Positions 28,688 to 38,936 of a stretch of DNA of 64,000 nucleotides are shown piece after piece. Under the pieces are notes generated by a model, which was given only the letters and a program-made list of their open reading frames with translations, did not search any database and had not been told where the DNA came from. How positions within the stretch are numbered: the stretch's first letter is position 1; each line of letters starts with the position of its first letter. The stretch comes from Candidatus Enterousia sp. (GTDB lineage: Bacteria > Pseudomonadota > Alphaproteobacteria > Rs-D84), in the NCBI GenBank assembly GCA_045613785.1, contig JAZLBQ010000007.1, positions 32,001 to 96,000 of the forward strand, in the 5' to 3' direction. A program made the translations under genes and the position numbers.

Positions 28688-28966
28688 TTATTGTGCAATT
28701 TTGTTTTTGATTTCACGAATACGAGCCAATATTTCCTTCAAATCGGCCTCGGTTGCCACTGGCACAGGGCGATTATTGATTTCGTCCGCCAAAACGATAC
28801 ACAGTGTTGCCAGCAAAGAATTCTCAGGCAGTGGTCCAATTTTGTCCAAAATATCACGAGCCCTTGCATCGACCAATCTGCCCAGTTCAATCAATCTGGC
28901 TTCTTGGCCATCTTCACAGCCCATTGGATAATTTTTGTTGACGATAGGAATTGAAACTACACTCAT
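28688..28966 (-). CDS. zapA: Cell division protein ZapA
   Basis: VSIPIVNKNYPMGCEDGQEARL...LADE. Confidence 0.85.
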   Translation of the reverse strand: MSVVSIPIVNKNYPMGCEDGQEARLIELGRLVDARARDILDKIGPLPENSLLATLCIVLADEINNRPVPVATEADLKEILARIREIKNKIAQ

Positions 28967-29175
28967 TTTTTCAACTTCTTTAATATTGACAGTGATTGGT
29001 CTATCATTTCGTTGGCACGTGCATTTTTTTCACGCAGGCCACGGACTTGTTCTGTTAGAATTGCCACTTCCAGGTCTGTTTGTTTGCCAGCATGAATTGC
29101 TGTGCCACGCAGGCGTGCGGCGGCATCTTCCAGTTTAGTTAGTTCTTGAAAAATTTGCTGTTTTAAATCTGCCAT
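28963..29175 (-). CDS. Short coiled-coil protein upstream of zapA (ZapB/DUF4164-like)
   Basis: 70-aa coiled coil; ATGA overlap with zapA. Confidence 0.65.
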   Translation of the reverse strand: MADLKQQIFQELTKLEDAAARLRGTAIHAGKQTDLEVAILTEQVRGLREKNARANEMIDQSLSILKKLKK

Positions 29176-29258
29176 ATTTACAGTCTAAGATATTTTTTAT
29201 ATGCGTTCAACCTTAAAATGTGATATAATGTTTGCGTCTATCGTGGGGGAAGTTTTAT

Positions 29259-30494
29259 ATGAAGACCAAAATTATCTATATTTCTGGAAGTGAAGTGTTT
29301 GAAATGTCCGAAATTCGTGCTGCCTTTGACCAGGTTCGTGCGACTTTGGGGCTGGATTCTGAAACTATTTTGTTCGGTGTGCCCGTTGACGCCGAAAACG
29401 CACTGACTGAGGTTGCGTCAGATGACGCCATCGAAACGATGCAGGATACAAATTTGGAAGCGGTTGAAACAGTGCCTGTTGACTGTGCAAGTGCTTGCGA
29501 TGTTATTGTTGATAAAATGGCGGAAATTGTCGAAGAGATTCCAGAACCCATCGAAGATTTGCCAGAATATGTCGAAGAAGTGGTTGTTCCTGAAACGGTA
29601 GTGGCAGAATCAGATAATCCAATAATCGAAGCTCCCCAAGAAGTTGTTGAAACAACTGAAAATATTGAAACCGTTGTTGCAGAGCCAGTTGCTGAATCGG
29701 CTGTTGTCGAAACACCAGATACAGTGATTCCAATTTTGTCTGTTTTATCAGTCAAAGGTTCTGCCGCACAGCCAATAGAAGCACCGGTCGAAAATGTTGC
29801 AGAACCTGTGGTTGATGTGGAATCTGTTGCTGCGGACACTATAACAGAAGAACCGGAAACAATCGTTTCTCAGGATGATGATATTGTTGAATCTGCCTCA
29901 GCAGATGTTGTTGAAGCGGGTATTGATCCTGTTTCAGTTATTGATGAAGCTCCGATTTCAGCAGTTGACTCAACCATTACTGTTGTTGAAAGTGTCAGCG
30001 TTGAAACAACTGACAACGAACCAGAAGCCCAGGCACCAGTCGCCGAAGATACTGAAAATATCGAAAATTTTGCAATTGACGATATGATTGACGAAGAAAT
30101 GCCAGTTGTTCCTGTTGAAAAAACACTGGAACAGTTGCTGGAAAGCATGACACCATTGCGTGAAGATGTCGAAACACACCTGGACAGCAATGTTGCCGAT
30201 CAGATGGCAGAAATGTCAACCTTTGACGAAGAAGACAATGATACAGATGCAACCCTGGCGAAATTGGCATCTGAATTTGCAGAAAAACAAGACACAATTA
30301 CCCCATCACCCAAGGGGACAACCCACGGAAAAATCAGCAAATTAAAAGGCATGATTCCGTTCTCAAAACAACGTCATCATGAAGACAACAGCTTGATGGG
30401 GGATTTGTTCAACTGGGCTGGAATGGCGGCCAATGATGATGAATATTCATTTTCTGGATTCTTTTCACCATTATCCAAGAGAACAGATGAATAA
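29259..30494 (+). CDS. Acidic, largely disordered hypothetical protein
   Basis: E/D/V/P/T-rich central region between ordered termini. Confidence 0.7.
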   Translation: MKTKIIYISGSEVFEMSEIRAAFDQVRATLGLDSETILFGVPVDAENALTEVASDDAIETMQDTNLEAVETVPVDCASACDVIVDKMAEIVEEIPEPIEDLPEYVEEVVVPETVVAESDNPIIEAPQEVVETTENIETVVAEPVAESAVVETPDTVIPILSVLSVKGSAAQPIEAPVENVAEPVVDVESVAADTITEEPETIVSQDDDIVESASADVVEAGIDPVSVIDEAPISAVDSTITVVESVSVETTDNEPEAQAPVAEDTENIENFAIDDMIDEEMPVVPVEKTLEQLLESMTPLREDVETHLDSNVADQMAEMSTFDEEDNDTDATLAKLASEFAEKQDTITPSPKGTTHGKISKLKGMIPFSKQRHHEDNSLMGDLFNWAGMAANDDEYSFSGFFSPLSKRTDE

Positions 30495-30502
30495 CATAAA
30501 AA

Positions 30503-30943
30503 ATGAATACAGATACGATTGCACGTTTATTAGAAAATTCTGGGTTTCACGGTGTTCACGTGGACCCCGATTTTATTTATGTCGAAGCCCCTTCGTGTAT
30601 TCTTCGCAGTTTTGAAACGTTTATTGACTATGCTTGGGTCGCTATCATTGCAATAACAGGTATGATGTTATTCGGCTGGGCAATTTCAATGATACGTGGT
30701 GCTAAAAATGATTTTTTTATGAATTTGCGAAATTTAATTTTAATTTTTGGCATATTATCAATAGCACATCCGATAATAAACTTTATCTATGGCGATGATT
30801 TATTTGCACGTGGTTGCAAGACTTTTTCTATACCTATGTCGCAGGTTTCTGATATTTTAGAATCACGCAATTCTAAGATTTCGGGGGTAAATGATAATTT
30901 GACTGAAAAATTCAATATTTATGATTCTGGGGCGTTGGATTAA
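30503..30943 (+). CDS. Hypothetical two-TM membrane protein
   Basis: 146 aa with two hydrophobic helices. Confidence 0.6.
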   Translation: MNTDTIARLLENSGFHGVHVDPDFIYVEAPSCILRSFETFIDYAWVAIIAITGMMLFGWAISMIRGAKNDFFMNLRNLILIFGILSIAHPIINFIYGDDLFARGCKTFSIPMSQVSDILESRNSKISGVNDNLTEKFNIYDSGALD

Positions 30944-30950
30944 AAATTGC

Positions 30951-31646
30951 CTAGAATCTGCCCTTGCTTAACCAAGGGGAAGTCCTATACGAAAATACAG
31001 TTCCAGACGCAGTAATCAGCAAGTGGTCAATCAACGAAACGTCCAGTGGTTTCAGCACTTGCTCTATGGCCAATGTGATTTCCACATCAGCAGTTGAAAA
31101 ATTATTATTCGACACAGGGTGGTTGTGAACCAAGATAATTCCGGCAGCGTTCAATCTGATTGCATTTTTAGTAATCTCACGAATATAAACAGCAGTTTCG
31201 TTTATTGTTCCACGTGTATGTGTTTCTTCGAACAATAACTTGCAATCGCCGTCTAGATATAAAATATGAAATTCTTCAACTTTTGAACCTGCTACAATAG
31301 TTCTGCAATAATCATATCTGAATTTTTCGTCTGCCAGAAATTTTCCACTCATTGCCCGTTCTGTATGTGAAACTAAATTCAACTCTGCAAACAATTTGAT
31401 TAAAATCGCAGTGCTACGCCCAACGCCAGGCACGGCCATTAAATCATCGATTGGGGCATGCAGAACAAAATAAACGCCACCAAAGACCTCTAATAATTTA
31501 CGTGCCAGTGGTCGAACATCACGTCTGGGGATTGAATACGTCAACAGCAATTCCAATTTTTCATAACTGGTCAATTTGCCATTTAGTAATTTTTCTTTCA
31601 GGCGTTCACGATGTCCGACATGAAATAATTCATCGGTCTTTGGCAT
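30951..31646 (-). CDS. radC: RadC/JAB-domain protein
   Basis: GHRERLK, LELLL, HhH VPGVG, LVHNHP, LIDHLLI. Confidence 0.9.
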   Translation of the reverse strand: MPKTDELFHVGHRERLKEKLLNGKLTSYEKLELLLTYSIPRRDVRPLARKLLEVFGGVYFVLHAPIDDLMAVPGVGRSTAILIKLFAELNLVSHTERAMSGKFLADEKFRYDYCRTIVAGSKVEEFHILYLDGDCKLLFEETHTRGTINETAVYIREITKNAIRLNAAGIILVHNHPVSNNNFSTADVEITLAIEQVLKPLDVSLIDHLLITASGTVFSYRTSPWLSKGRF

Positions 31647-31650
31647 AATA

Positions 31651-32412
31651 TTATATCATTTTTTCTGTGAATATGACCGCACCATCTTCTGTGATGCCGA
31701 TAGTATGTTCCCACTGTGCAGACAGACCGCCATCAACCGTGCGTGCCGTCCAGCCATCATCGTCAATTTTACAATCTGGTCGTCCTGTATTTATCATTGG
31801 TTCGATTGTAAAGACCAGTCCAGGAACCATTTTTACCTTGTCCCAGCGTTTGTCATAGAAGTGATATATTTGTGGTTCGTCGTGCATTACCTTGCCGATA
31901 CCGTGTCCGACAAAGTCTCGTGAAATTGAAAAGCCGTGTGGTTCAACAACCGCTTCGATTGTTTTGCCGATTTCAGACAAAGGCACCCCAGGTGCACAAA
32001 TTGAAATAGCGGCATTTAAAGCGTCCTGGCATACCTGAACCAGTTTTCGTGCCTGTGGCTTTACGTTGCCAATCATAAACATACGTGATGCGTCGCCGTG
32101 AAATCCTTTGTATTCTGCGGTCAAATCGACATTTACAATATCGCCGTCTTTTAATATAACTTCATCACTAGGGATTCCATGAACAATAACATCGTTGACA
32201 GATGTGCAAATGTGCTTTGGGTATCCGTGGTATCCTAAATCGGACGAGCGAGCCCCATTTTCCTTTAAGAACTGTGCGACCATACGGTCTATTTCACCGG
32301 TTGAAATACCTGCCTTGATGTATGGTGAAATGAAATCAAAACAGCGTGCGACAACATCGCCTGCGGCACGCAGTCTTTTAAAATCTTTTGGTGCATAAAC
32401 AGATGATAACAT
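31651..32412 (-). CDS. map: Methionine aminopeptidase type I
   Basis: SVNDVIVHGIP, GFHGDASR, GHGIG...HDEP, FTIEPMIN, SAQWEHT. Confidence 0.97.
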   Translation of the reverse strand: MLSSVYAPKDFKRLRAAGDVVARCFDFISPYIKAGISTGEIDRMVAQFLKENGARSSDLGYHGYPKHICTSVNDVIVHGIPSDEVILKDGDIVNVDLTAEYKGFHGDASRMFMIGNVKPQARKLVQVCQDALNAAISICAPGVPLSEIGKTIEAVVEPHGFSISRDFVGHGIGKVMHDEPQIYHFYDKRWDKVKMVPGLVFTIEPMINTGRPDCKIDDDGWTARTVDGGLSAQWEHTIGITEDGAVIFTEKMI

Positions 32413-32424
32413 ATCTTATTTTCC

Positions 32425-33414
32425 TTAGTTTCTTCGTTTTATGGCGAATTTTGCTGCCCGCATAGACAGTTTTAATGCGAAATCACGCAACAGTATTTCT
32501 CCGGGCATACCCTTGGTTCGTAATTGTCGTTCCAATTCGTTCAGCCTAATCAATACAGCAGATATTTCTTTATCAGGCCATATTCTGATAGCCTGTTTAA
32601 ATTTTTCTTCGACCTTCCAAAACAGTCGTGGTAATTGTCCGTTGACAACAGCATTTTGTAGTTTTTTGAAGTGTGCCCCCAGCAAACGCACCAGCATATT
32701 TGGGTCTTTATTATCATATAGCAACCTGTCTAGTGCCATCATTGTTTGTGGAATGTGTCCTGCAGACAAAGAATACAAGAAATCGTCCACATCAGCCGCC
32801 CCTGTGTCTGGCAGACATTTTTCGACATCATCCAATTCGACAATTTTTTTATCGTTTACATACAACGCAATTTTTGCCAAGAATCCACGTGTAATTCCAC
32901 GGTCGCCCCCCAAATGAGTGGTCATATATGTCATAGCATCTGGGGTAATTTGTTGAATCCCTGCGGCTGCTGACAGTTCACTGCGTATAATAGTTGCTAA
33001 CGTTTTTGCGTCATCAGTATAACAGGGCAGGGCAGCAATATCTTTTCCGCCTTCGAACATGCTGCGAAGACTTCCGCCAGAACGCAAATCGGTGCCAGTT
33101 ATAATAACGGTTGCACACAGTCCAGAATGTTCAACCAGTTCGATAATATGCTTTGTATCACTGTCGCCTGCGTTTGAAATAATTACCATCTTGCGACCGC
33201 CAAACATAGATGGGCTACACGCCTCTGCGAACAGGGCGTCTTGCTTTTCACGCAGTTCATCAGAATCCAGGGCGAATAAATTATCTTTTTCGATTTCCAG
33301 TTTTTTTATTGCTAAATCGCAATACTCATCAACCTGGCCTGCGTCAGGTCCGTATATCAGCACGGCACGAATTTTATCGATACCATTTTTAAAATCTGCG
33401 TCTTTCCACTTCAT
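32425..33414 (-). CDS. holA: DNA polymerase III delta subunit
   Basis: AVLIYGPDAG, SMFGGRK, LGGDRG; downstream of lptE. Confidence 0.85.
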   Translation of the reverse strand: MKWKDADFKNGIDKIRAVLIYGPDAGQVDEYCDLAIKKLEIEKDNLFALDSDELREKQDALFAEACSPSMFGGRKMVIISNAGDSDTKHIIELVEHSGLCATVIITGTDLRSGGSLRSMFEGGKDIAALPCYTDDAKTLATIIRSELSAAAGIQQITPDAMTYMTTHLGGDRGITRGFLAKIALYVNDKKIVELDDVEKCLPDTGAADVDDFLYSLSAGHIPQTMMALDRLLYDNKDPNMLVRLLGAHFKKLQNAVVNGQLPRLFWKVEEKFKQAIRIWPDKEISAVLIRLNELERQLRTKGMPGEILLRDFALKLSMRAAKFAIKRRN

Positions 33415-33902
33415 TATTTTTTATCTATATTTTCAGAATCAGAATAATGTTTATATGTTTCTGCAATTGTTCGTGCACTAATTTTTTCAGCCAGCACATT
33501 GATAGTATTTTTTACAGCGTTGTTATACGAAGCGTTCGAAGCGACCAGATATCTCACAAAAGTATATGATTCTGCAGCCATTTCAGTTCCTGTTGCAATT
33601 TGCTTTCCATCACACATCAGTGTGTATTTTGCAGTCAAGGAAACTTCTTGCCAGGCAGCGTCCCCAGTTCGTTCAATTGCCTTGTATTGGGTGTTTGGTG
33701 TGCTTAAATCCACGTTCAAAGTGCATTTTGCACCTGGTTCACGTTGTCCGCCAAATTTTGCCCACAACGCATTTCGCAATTCGATTCCATCGATTCCGCT
33801 GATTGGTTCAACATAAATATCAGTGTCTTGACCAGAAAACATAGGTTTAAATCCACACCCCATCAGCCCAAGGAACACAAAAAACAATAAAATTTTTTTC
33901 AT
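33414..33902 (-). CDS. lptE: LPS assembly lipoprotein LptE-like
   Basis: Lipobox LMGCGFKPMF; lptE-holA synteny. Confidence 0.75.
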   Translation of the reverse strand: MKKILLFFVFLGLMGCGFKPMFSGQDTDIYVEPISGIDGIELRNALWAKFGGQREPGAKCTLNVDLSTPNTQYKAIERTGDAAWQEVSLTAKYTLMCDGKQIATGTEMAAESYTFVRYLVASNASYNNAVKNTINVLAEKISARTIAETYKHYSDSENIDKK

Positions 33903-33971
33903 ACTAACGCCCGATTTCCTGTTGCAATTTATTTGTATATTACCTAGACTTTTTATAAATCGCAAGGGGGA

Positions 33972-35213
33972 ATGATGAATATTTTTATTATGATTCTTGT
34001 TTCTTTGTTTATGCTTGGTTATTACCTGATGGACAGTCCCAGTCAGCAGGTTGCACATCACAGCACGGAAATTGCGATTACACGTTCTGATTTGCGAACG
34101 GTGGCTCAGTGTGCGGCTGCCTTGCACAATGCCCAGATAAATGGCACAGAATTTGTTGATGTTTGTGTTGAGAATAATGAAATTGTCAGTGAATTTATCT
34201 GTCTGGACAAGAAGTTAAAGAAAACAGATTGTGAGATTGTCCGAAATAAGAAACCGGCGTTTAGTTATATTGTTACTGCAACTGCACCAATTAATCCGGA
34301 TAATTACAATGATATGATGGAGATATTAGAGCAGTATTATTCAGATGCAGGAACGTTTGGAATATTCCAAGACAAATCCATAATGTCTGGTGGCACATCT
34401 TCCAAGCGTGTAGTTCCTGGGGAAATAATATCACAAATGGAATTGGCTGATGGGCAACTGGTGTATTTTACCCAGTATGAAATACCAGATTCAGGCACGG
34501 CATCTGGCGGATTTGGAACGTCTGATATTGTATGTCCTGCTGGCACTGCCAAAACCTATCGTTTTGGTCGTTGGCAGTGCATAGGATATAATACAAAAAC
34601 GAATTGTGGCGGTGATATGATATGGGATTCTAATTTGTATGAGTGTGTTCCCGATGAAACACGTCGTCCTTTGTGTGCCAGTTCTCAGACTGCGGTAATG
34701 GTTGACAGTGTTTGGGAATGCATTGACCCATTTCCTGAAAAAAATTGTCCTAAAAATATGATTGCACGTTTGAATTATAACACACTGGAATGGGAATGTG
34801 TTGTTGATCCAGCGTCAAACACAACAGTGAAAAAATGCAGCAATATTGTCAGTGGGGGTAATTATGGGCAACTCGGGTCAACATTGCATGTTCCTCAGAC
34901 GTCTTGCACGGACTGCGAACGCCAGGTAATCGATACTGACAGTTGCACCAGTTATTGTGTTCCTGACCCGGCACGTATGTCTGATTCACGTTGTTATGCT
35001 GGTGTGGTGGACGAGTGTAGTGGGCCAAATCGTGCGTTTTATTTTGGTTTTCCAAATCGTGCCTATGCTGAAACGGTTGATGCTGTTTCAAACGTAAGTG
35101 TTCCGATTGGACGAACGCACTCGCAAAATCGTCGTTTTAATTGTTTAGATTGTGGAATGGGAACGATTGATACTGAACGTTCGCTGCCACCTTATGTTGC
35201 GATATGTAAATAG
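33972..35213 (+). CDS. Membrane-anchored cysteine-rich surface protein
   Basis: N-terminal TM; about 22 Cys; repeated C...(W/Y)(E/Q)C modules. Confidence 0.7.
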   Translation: MMNIFIMILVSLFMLGYYLMDSPSQQVAHHSTEIAITRSDLRTVAQCAAALHNAQINGTEFVDVCVENNEIVSEFICLDKKLKKTDCEIVRNKKPAFSYIVTATAPINPDNYNDMMEILEQYYSDAGTFGIFQDKSIMSGGTSSKRVVPGEIISQMELADGQLVYFTQYEIPDSGTASGGFGTSDIVCPAGTAKTYRFGRWQCIGYNTKTNCGGDMIWDSNLYECVPDETRRPLCASSQTAVMVDSVWECIDPFPEKNCPKNMIARLNYNTLEWECVVDPASNTTVKKCSNIVSGGNYGQLGSTLHVPQTSCTDCERQVIDTDSCTSYCVPDPARMSDSRCYAGVVDECSGPNRAFYFGFPNRAYAETVDAVSNVSVPIGRTHSQNRRFNCLDCGMGTIDTERSLPPYVAICK

Positions 35214-35217
35214 ATTG

Positions 35218-36147
35218 TTATTGTCTGTCAAATACGCAGAATAATTCCCAATGGTTGCTGCCAACAAATTGGTCAACAGGGATAAGCTTTTTAATTTCAT
35301 ATCCTGCATTTCTTAGGATTTTTGCGTCTGTCGAAAAAGTAATCGGATTGCAAGAAACGTAAATAATTCGTTTTACTTCGCTTTTTGCCAGTTCTTTGCA
35401 TTGTTTTTCTGCACCTGCACGTGGAGGGTCCATCACAACACAGTCGTATTTTTTTAGCATTCCAACTGTCAGTGGATTTTTGAATAAATCACGTTTTACG
35501 CCTGTGCCAACAATGTCAAAGCCGTCTGCGTTCAATGCAAATGTAAAGTTGCCCAGTCCACAAAACAAATCTGCCACAGATTTTGAATCCTTGGCATATT
35601 CCACCACCATGTTTCGCAGTGTGTTTGCACCTTCGATACTGGGCTGCAAGAATGCCCCAACAGGGTATTCAACCTGTGTGTCATCAAAAGATACAATGGG
35701 CTGCTTTTCTATTTTCAAAATTTTTTGATTCCAAGATACACGAATTGCAGGCAATTTAATTGCTGCATTGCGGAAATCTGCTGGCACATATGGAATATTT
35801 GAACTTATTGCAATGTCGATCCCGTTGTCGCATTTTGTTACCAAACATTGTGCACTGCCTGTCCATGGTAATTTTGCTAAATCGGGTATAATCTTGTTTA
35901 TTTCCGGGGCAACGTTTGGACAGTTGTCAACAGGGATAATATTTTTTGTTCCTTTTTCAAACAAACCAAATTCGCCAAATGAAACAGCGAATTCTGCACG
36001 TCTGCGAACACCTGGTAAGGTCCATATTGCATTATCCAGTGGTAATTTTTTTGGCAAACTGCCCATTTTTTGTTCACGATAATCAGGTGCAGTAAAATCA
36101 AATTTACAACCACCGCACCTACCAAAAAAAGGGCATTTTTTTATCAT
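35218..36147 (-). CDS. 23S rRNA m5U methyltransferase (RlmD/RumA-like, compact)
   Basis: CPFFGRCGGC, DLFCGLGNF, MDPPRAG, YVSCNP, DQF. Confidence 0.9.
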   Translation of the reverse strand: MIKKCPFFGRCGGCKFDFTAPDYREQKMGSLPKKLPLDNAIWTLPGVRRRAEFAVSFGEFGLFEKGTKNIIPVDNCPNVAPEINKIIPDLAKLPWTGSAQCLVTKCDNGIDIAISSNIPYVPADFRNAAIKLPAIRVSWNQKILKIEKQPIVSFDDTQVEYPVGAFLQPSIEGANTLRNMVVEYAKDSKSVADLFCGLGNFTFALNADGFDIVGTGVKRDLFKNPLTVGMLKKYDCVVMDPPRAGAEKQCKELAKSEVKRIIYVSCNPITFSTDAKILRNAGYEIKKLIPVDQFVGSNHWELFCVFDRQ

Positions 36148-36800
36148 CAGAAACTAACCCTTGCACCAACCCTAAATTGCTGTGCTGTTGGGTTTAAGTC
36201 TGCAACAACATCTGTTCCTGGGTTAAACATATAGAAATATCTGTATCCAAAATCTAGTGCGAATATCGAACTAAATTCAACACTGATTCCTGCCATTGCA
36301 GCTGCTACTGGCGAAATCTTTTTATCCAGTTTTACGCCGTCGTCTGCTGAATTCCAGGACAGACCAGCACCAACGCCAACGTATGGCACAATCATCTGGC
36401 TGCGAAAGATACGATATATATTATCAATTCTTGCGTCCCAGATTGCATTTACCATGAACGTATCGCCTGTCAACGACAAGGTGTTCCATTTTGCGTCTGT
36501 GCGAACATAGTTCCCTTCGATTCTAAAAGTGTCGTAAATACGCAGTCCTAGCATTGCTTCGAATCCAGACGTATTTTTGCCTTTTACGGTCACATCGTTG
36601 TCATCGGTAAAGTTCTGCCACATTGAAAAATCATACATTCCCCCGACATAAAAACGGTGCTGGCGTGCATATGCTTCGCTGTCCAAGCCGCTTGGGGTTT
36701 CTGGAACAGGCATTTTTATTTGTTCGACACGATATGGAATTGCTGCATTTACAGTCATTGGCAAAGCACACAAAATTGGCAACCAAAATTTAATTTTCAT
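36147..36800 (-). CDS. Outer membrane beta-barrel protein (opacity/OmpA-like)
   Basis: Signal peptide; VPYVGVGAG; LDFGYRY; C-terminal GARVSF. Confidence 0.85.
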   Translation of the reverse strand: MKIKFWLPILCALPMTVNAAIPYRVEQIKMPVPETPSGLDSEAYARQHRFYVGGMYDFSMWQNFTDDNDVTVKGKNTSGFEAMLGLRIYDTFRIEGNYVRTDAKWNTLSLTGDTFMVNAIWDARIDNIYRIFRSQMIVPYVGVGAGLSWNSADDGVKLDKKISPVAAAMAGISVEFSSIFALDFGYRYFYMFNPGTDVVADLNPTAQQFRVGARVSF

Positions 36801-36835
36801 AACTTTACACCCCTATACTTTATATCGTTTGTCTA

Positions 36836-37606
36836 TTAAAAATTCGCACGAACAGAAGCCATAATATTGCTGATGTTATCAACACCACCCCTGCGAACGT
36901 CCCAACCAAAGCCGTTTCCAATCATCATCTGATACTGATAAGCGATATCGATACCAACCAGTTCAGACAACATGATATTGAATCCCAGTGTAGCCCGTGG
37001 TGCTGCGATGACAAAGCCATCTGCACCATTTTTGCCTTCGAAATCATAGACGCCCAGTCCTGCACCGATTCCCATATAAGGAACAAATGTTCTGCGTCGT
37101 GTGATATCGCCTGATTGAACATACCGGCGTGCAAAATCAAAGTAAAGCATTCCGCCAACAGTCTGATATGTTGCCTGATGGTTTTCTAAATCAGAAAACT
37201 TGAACACGGATTCCTGAAAGTCAATTTCTGTCCGCACGTATGAAGACAGATTCCATCCCAGACCGATTTGTGTTGTATAACTGCCCGAACTTTCGTATTC
37301 GATTCCACCAAACTGTGCCTTGTCAGTTGCAAACCCCAGATTTAATCCGCCGCCCAAACGAACATACATTGATGTTGGGATAAACAGCTGGATATCGTCA
37401 GGCTGGACAGCACCTGCGATTTCATAAACTTCACGTCCCAGTTCACCAGGTGCATCAACGGGTGTTATGTCAATCGTATCACGTGCCCCAATCAAGTCCA
37501 AGCCTTCCAAGACTTCGGCCTGGAATTTTGCCGCATCATAATTTGCGTTTGCACCAAACATACTGGCGATTAGTGTTAAAACTGCAAAGCAAGAAATCTT
37601 TTTCAT
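36836..37606 (-). CDS. Outer membrane beta-barrel protein (opacity-like)
   Basis: Signal peptide; VRTEIDF; VPYMGIGAG; C-terminal VRANF. Confidence 0.85.
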   Translation of the reverse strand: MKKISCFAVLTLIASMFGANANYDAAKFQAEVLEGLDLIGARDTIDITPVDAPGELGREVYEIAGAVQPDDIQLFIPTSMYVRLGGGLNLGFATDKAQFGGIEYESSGSYTTQIGLGWNLSSYVRTEIDFQESVFKFSDLENHQATYQTVGGMLYFDFARRYVQSGDITRRRTFVPYMGIGAGLGVYDFEGKNGADGFVIAAPRATLGFNIMLSELVGIDIAYQYQMMIGNGFGWDVRRGGVDNISNIMASVRANF

Positions 37607-37698
37607 AATACTAAACCTATATAAATTATACCTTCTTTTGCAATTTTAACATAAAATGAAACTTGATTCCAGTCTGTTTTATTCGTAAAGTAATAGGT

Positions 37699-38526
37699 AT
37701 GAATAACAAAAAATCAGATAAAAAAATCGCATTAGTCGCTGGGGCATTAGACTTGCCGTTTTTTACCCGTGATGCTTTGGTTCGTGCAGGTTGGGACGTA
37801 TTTATTGTTGGTCTTCAGGGGTTTGTAGATATGAATTTGAATCCCGATATGGTTGTGCGTTTGGGCGGTGGCGGTCGTGCAATACGTGAGTTTCGACGTC
37901 GTGGCATAACGAAACTAACTTTTGTGGGGTCGTTGGGGCATCCGAATTTATCTGACTTGCGACCTGATTTATGGACATTTATTACATTGTTAAAGATTAT
38001 GAAACATCAACGGGGGTATGATTCAATGGCTGTCGCATTAAACAAAGTTCTAGAATCTCAGGGATTCGAAATTGTAGCTGCCCAGGATATTGCACCAGAA
38101 TTGGCATTTGAAACACCAGGGGTTCAGACCAAGGTCAAACCCACACGCACAGATGAAAAAAACATTGCTCGTGCGATAGAGGTTTCGCACACCATTGGTG
38201 CGGCAGACATTGGTGCGTCTGTGGTTGTTGATACCCAGGTCATTGCGGTAGAGGCAGCCGAAGGCACCGCCCGTATGTTGGAACGTGTTGTTGATATGCG
38301 TTCAAACAAACGTAAATCCAGTGGCGTTTTTGCCAAGATGACTAAACCTGGTCAGGATTTACGCATTGATATCCCTGCGATTGGTGTTGATACTGTTCGT
38401 GCAGTTGCTGCGGCACACCTGCGTGGAATAGTTGTAAATACCAAGACATGTTTTGTTGTTGATAAAACTGCGGTTATAAAATTGGCAAATGAATTAGGCG
38501 TATTTATATTGGCTCTGGACGAATAG
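37699..38526 (+). CDS. lpxI: UDP-2,3-diacylglucosamine pyrophosphatase LpxI
   Basis: ALVAGALDLP, DIGASVVV, AVEAAEGT, KPGQDLRIDIPAIG. Confidence 0.9.
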   Translation: MNNKKSDKKIALVAGALDLPFFTRDALVRAGWDVFIVGLQGFVDMNLNPDMVVRLGGGGRAIREFRRRGITKLTFVGSLGHPNLSDLRPDLWTFITLLKIMKHQRGYDSMAVALNKVLESQGFEIVAAQDIAPELAFETPGVQTKVKPTRTDEKNIARAIEVSHTIGAADIGASVVVDTQVIAVEAAEGTARMLERVVDMRSNKRKSSGVFAKMTKPGQDLRIDIPAIGVDTVRAVAAAHLRGIVVNTKTCFVVDKTAVIKLANELGVFILALDE

Positions 38527-38552
38527 TCGCATAATACAATCATAATAAAAAT

Positions 38553-38740
38553 AAAAAACACCGCCGTTTCCGGCGGTATTTCCGAGTGCCCCGAAAGGAA
38601 GGAAAGGAGAAAAAGAAATTGGACACTCTAAACTTATTCTTGGGGTCCAGAGTCCAGAGGAGAGAGAATGTAGGAGGGAGTCTGAACCTCTGGCCCCACA
38701 GATGTTTTCACACCTGGTCATTGGATTTCTTCCTTTGACG
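38553..38740 (-). ncRNA. Candidate sRNA with CU-rich (anti-SD) loops
   Basis: TTGACA-17-TATATT at 38774-38746; three hairpins with loops CUCCUCCC and UCUCCUUUCCUUCC; terminator accgccg gaaa cggcggt followed by a U tract. Confidence 0.6.
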
Positions 38741-38936
38741 ATTCGAATATAGTATACAAAAAACGATTTGTCAAGTGTTTTGTCAAAAAAAATTTTAGTA
38801 TTTGTTTTTGTGTTTGTTTTATGGATTGCTACCTAGGAAAAGCCGCTTATTGTTTTGGCGGTAAATCTGGAATAAAATCAACGTAAACTAGACGGGCGGG
38901 TTTTGTTCTAGTTAAATAAAACCAGGGAGAGAAAAA

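Noticed and set aside
29276-30297. Ser/Thr-rich minus-strand ORFs
   Set aside because: Antisense shadows of the acidic protein.
38494-38721. 75-aa ORF over the sRNA candidate
   Set aside because: It has an RBS-like sequence but runs through the terminator into lpxI and has no protein-like features; not fully excluded.
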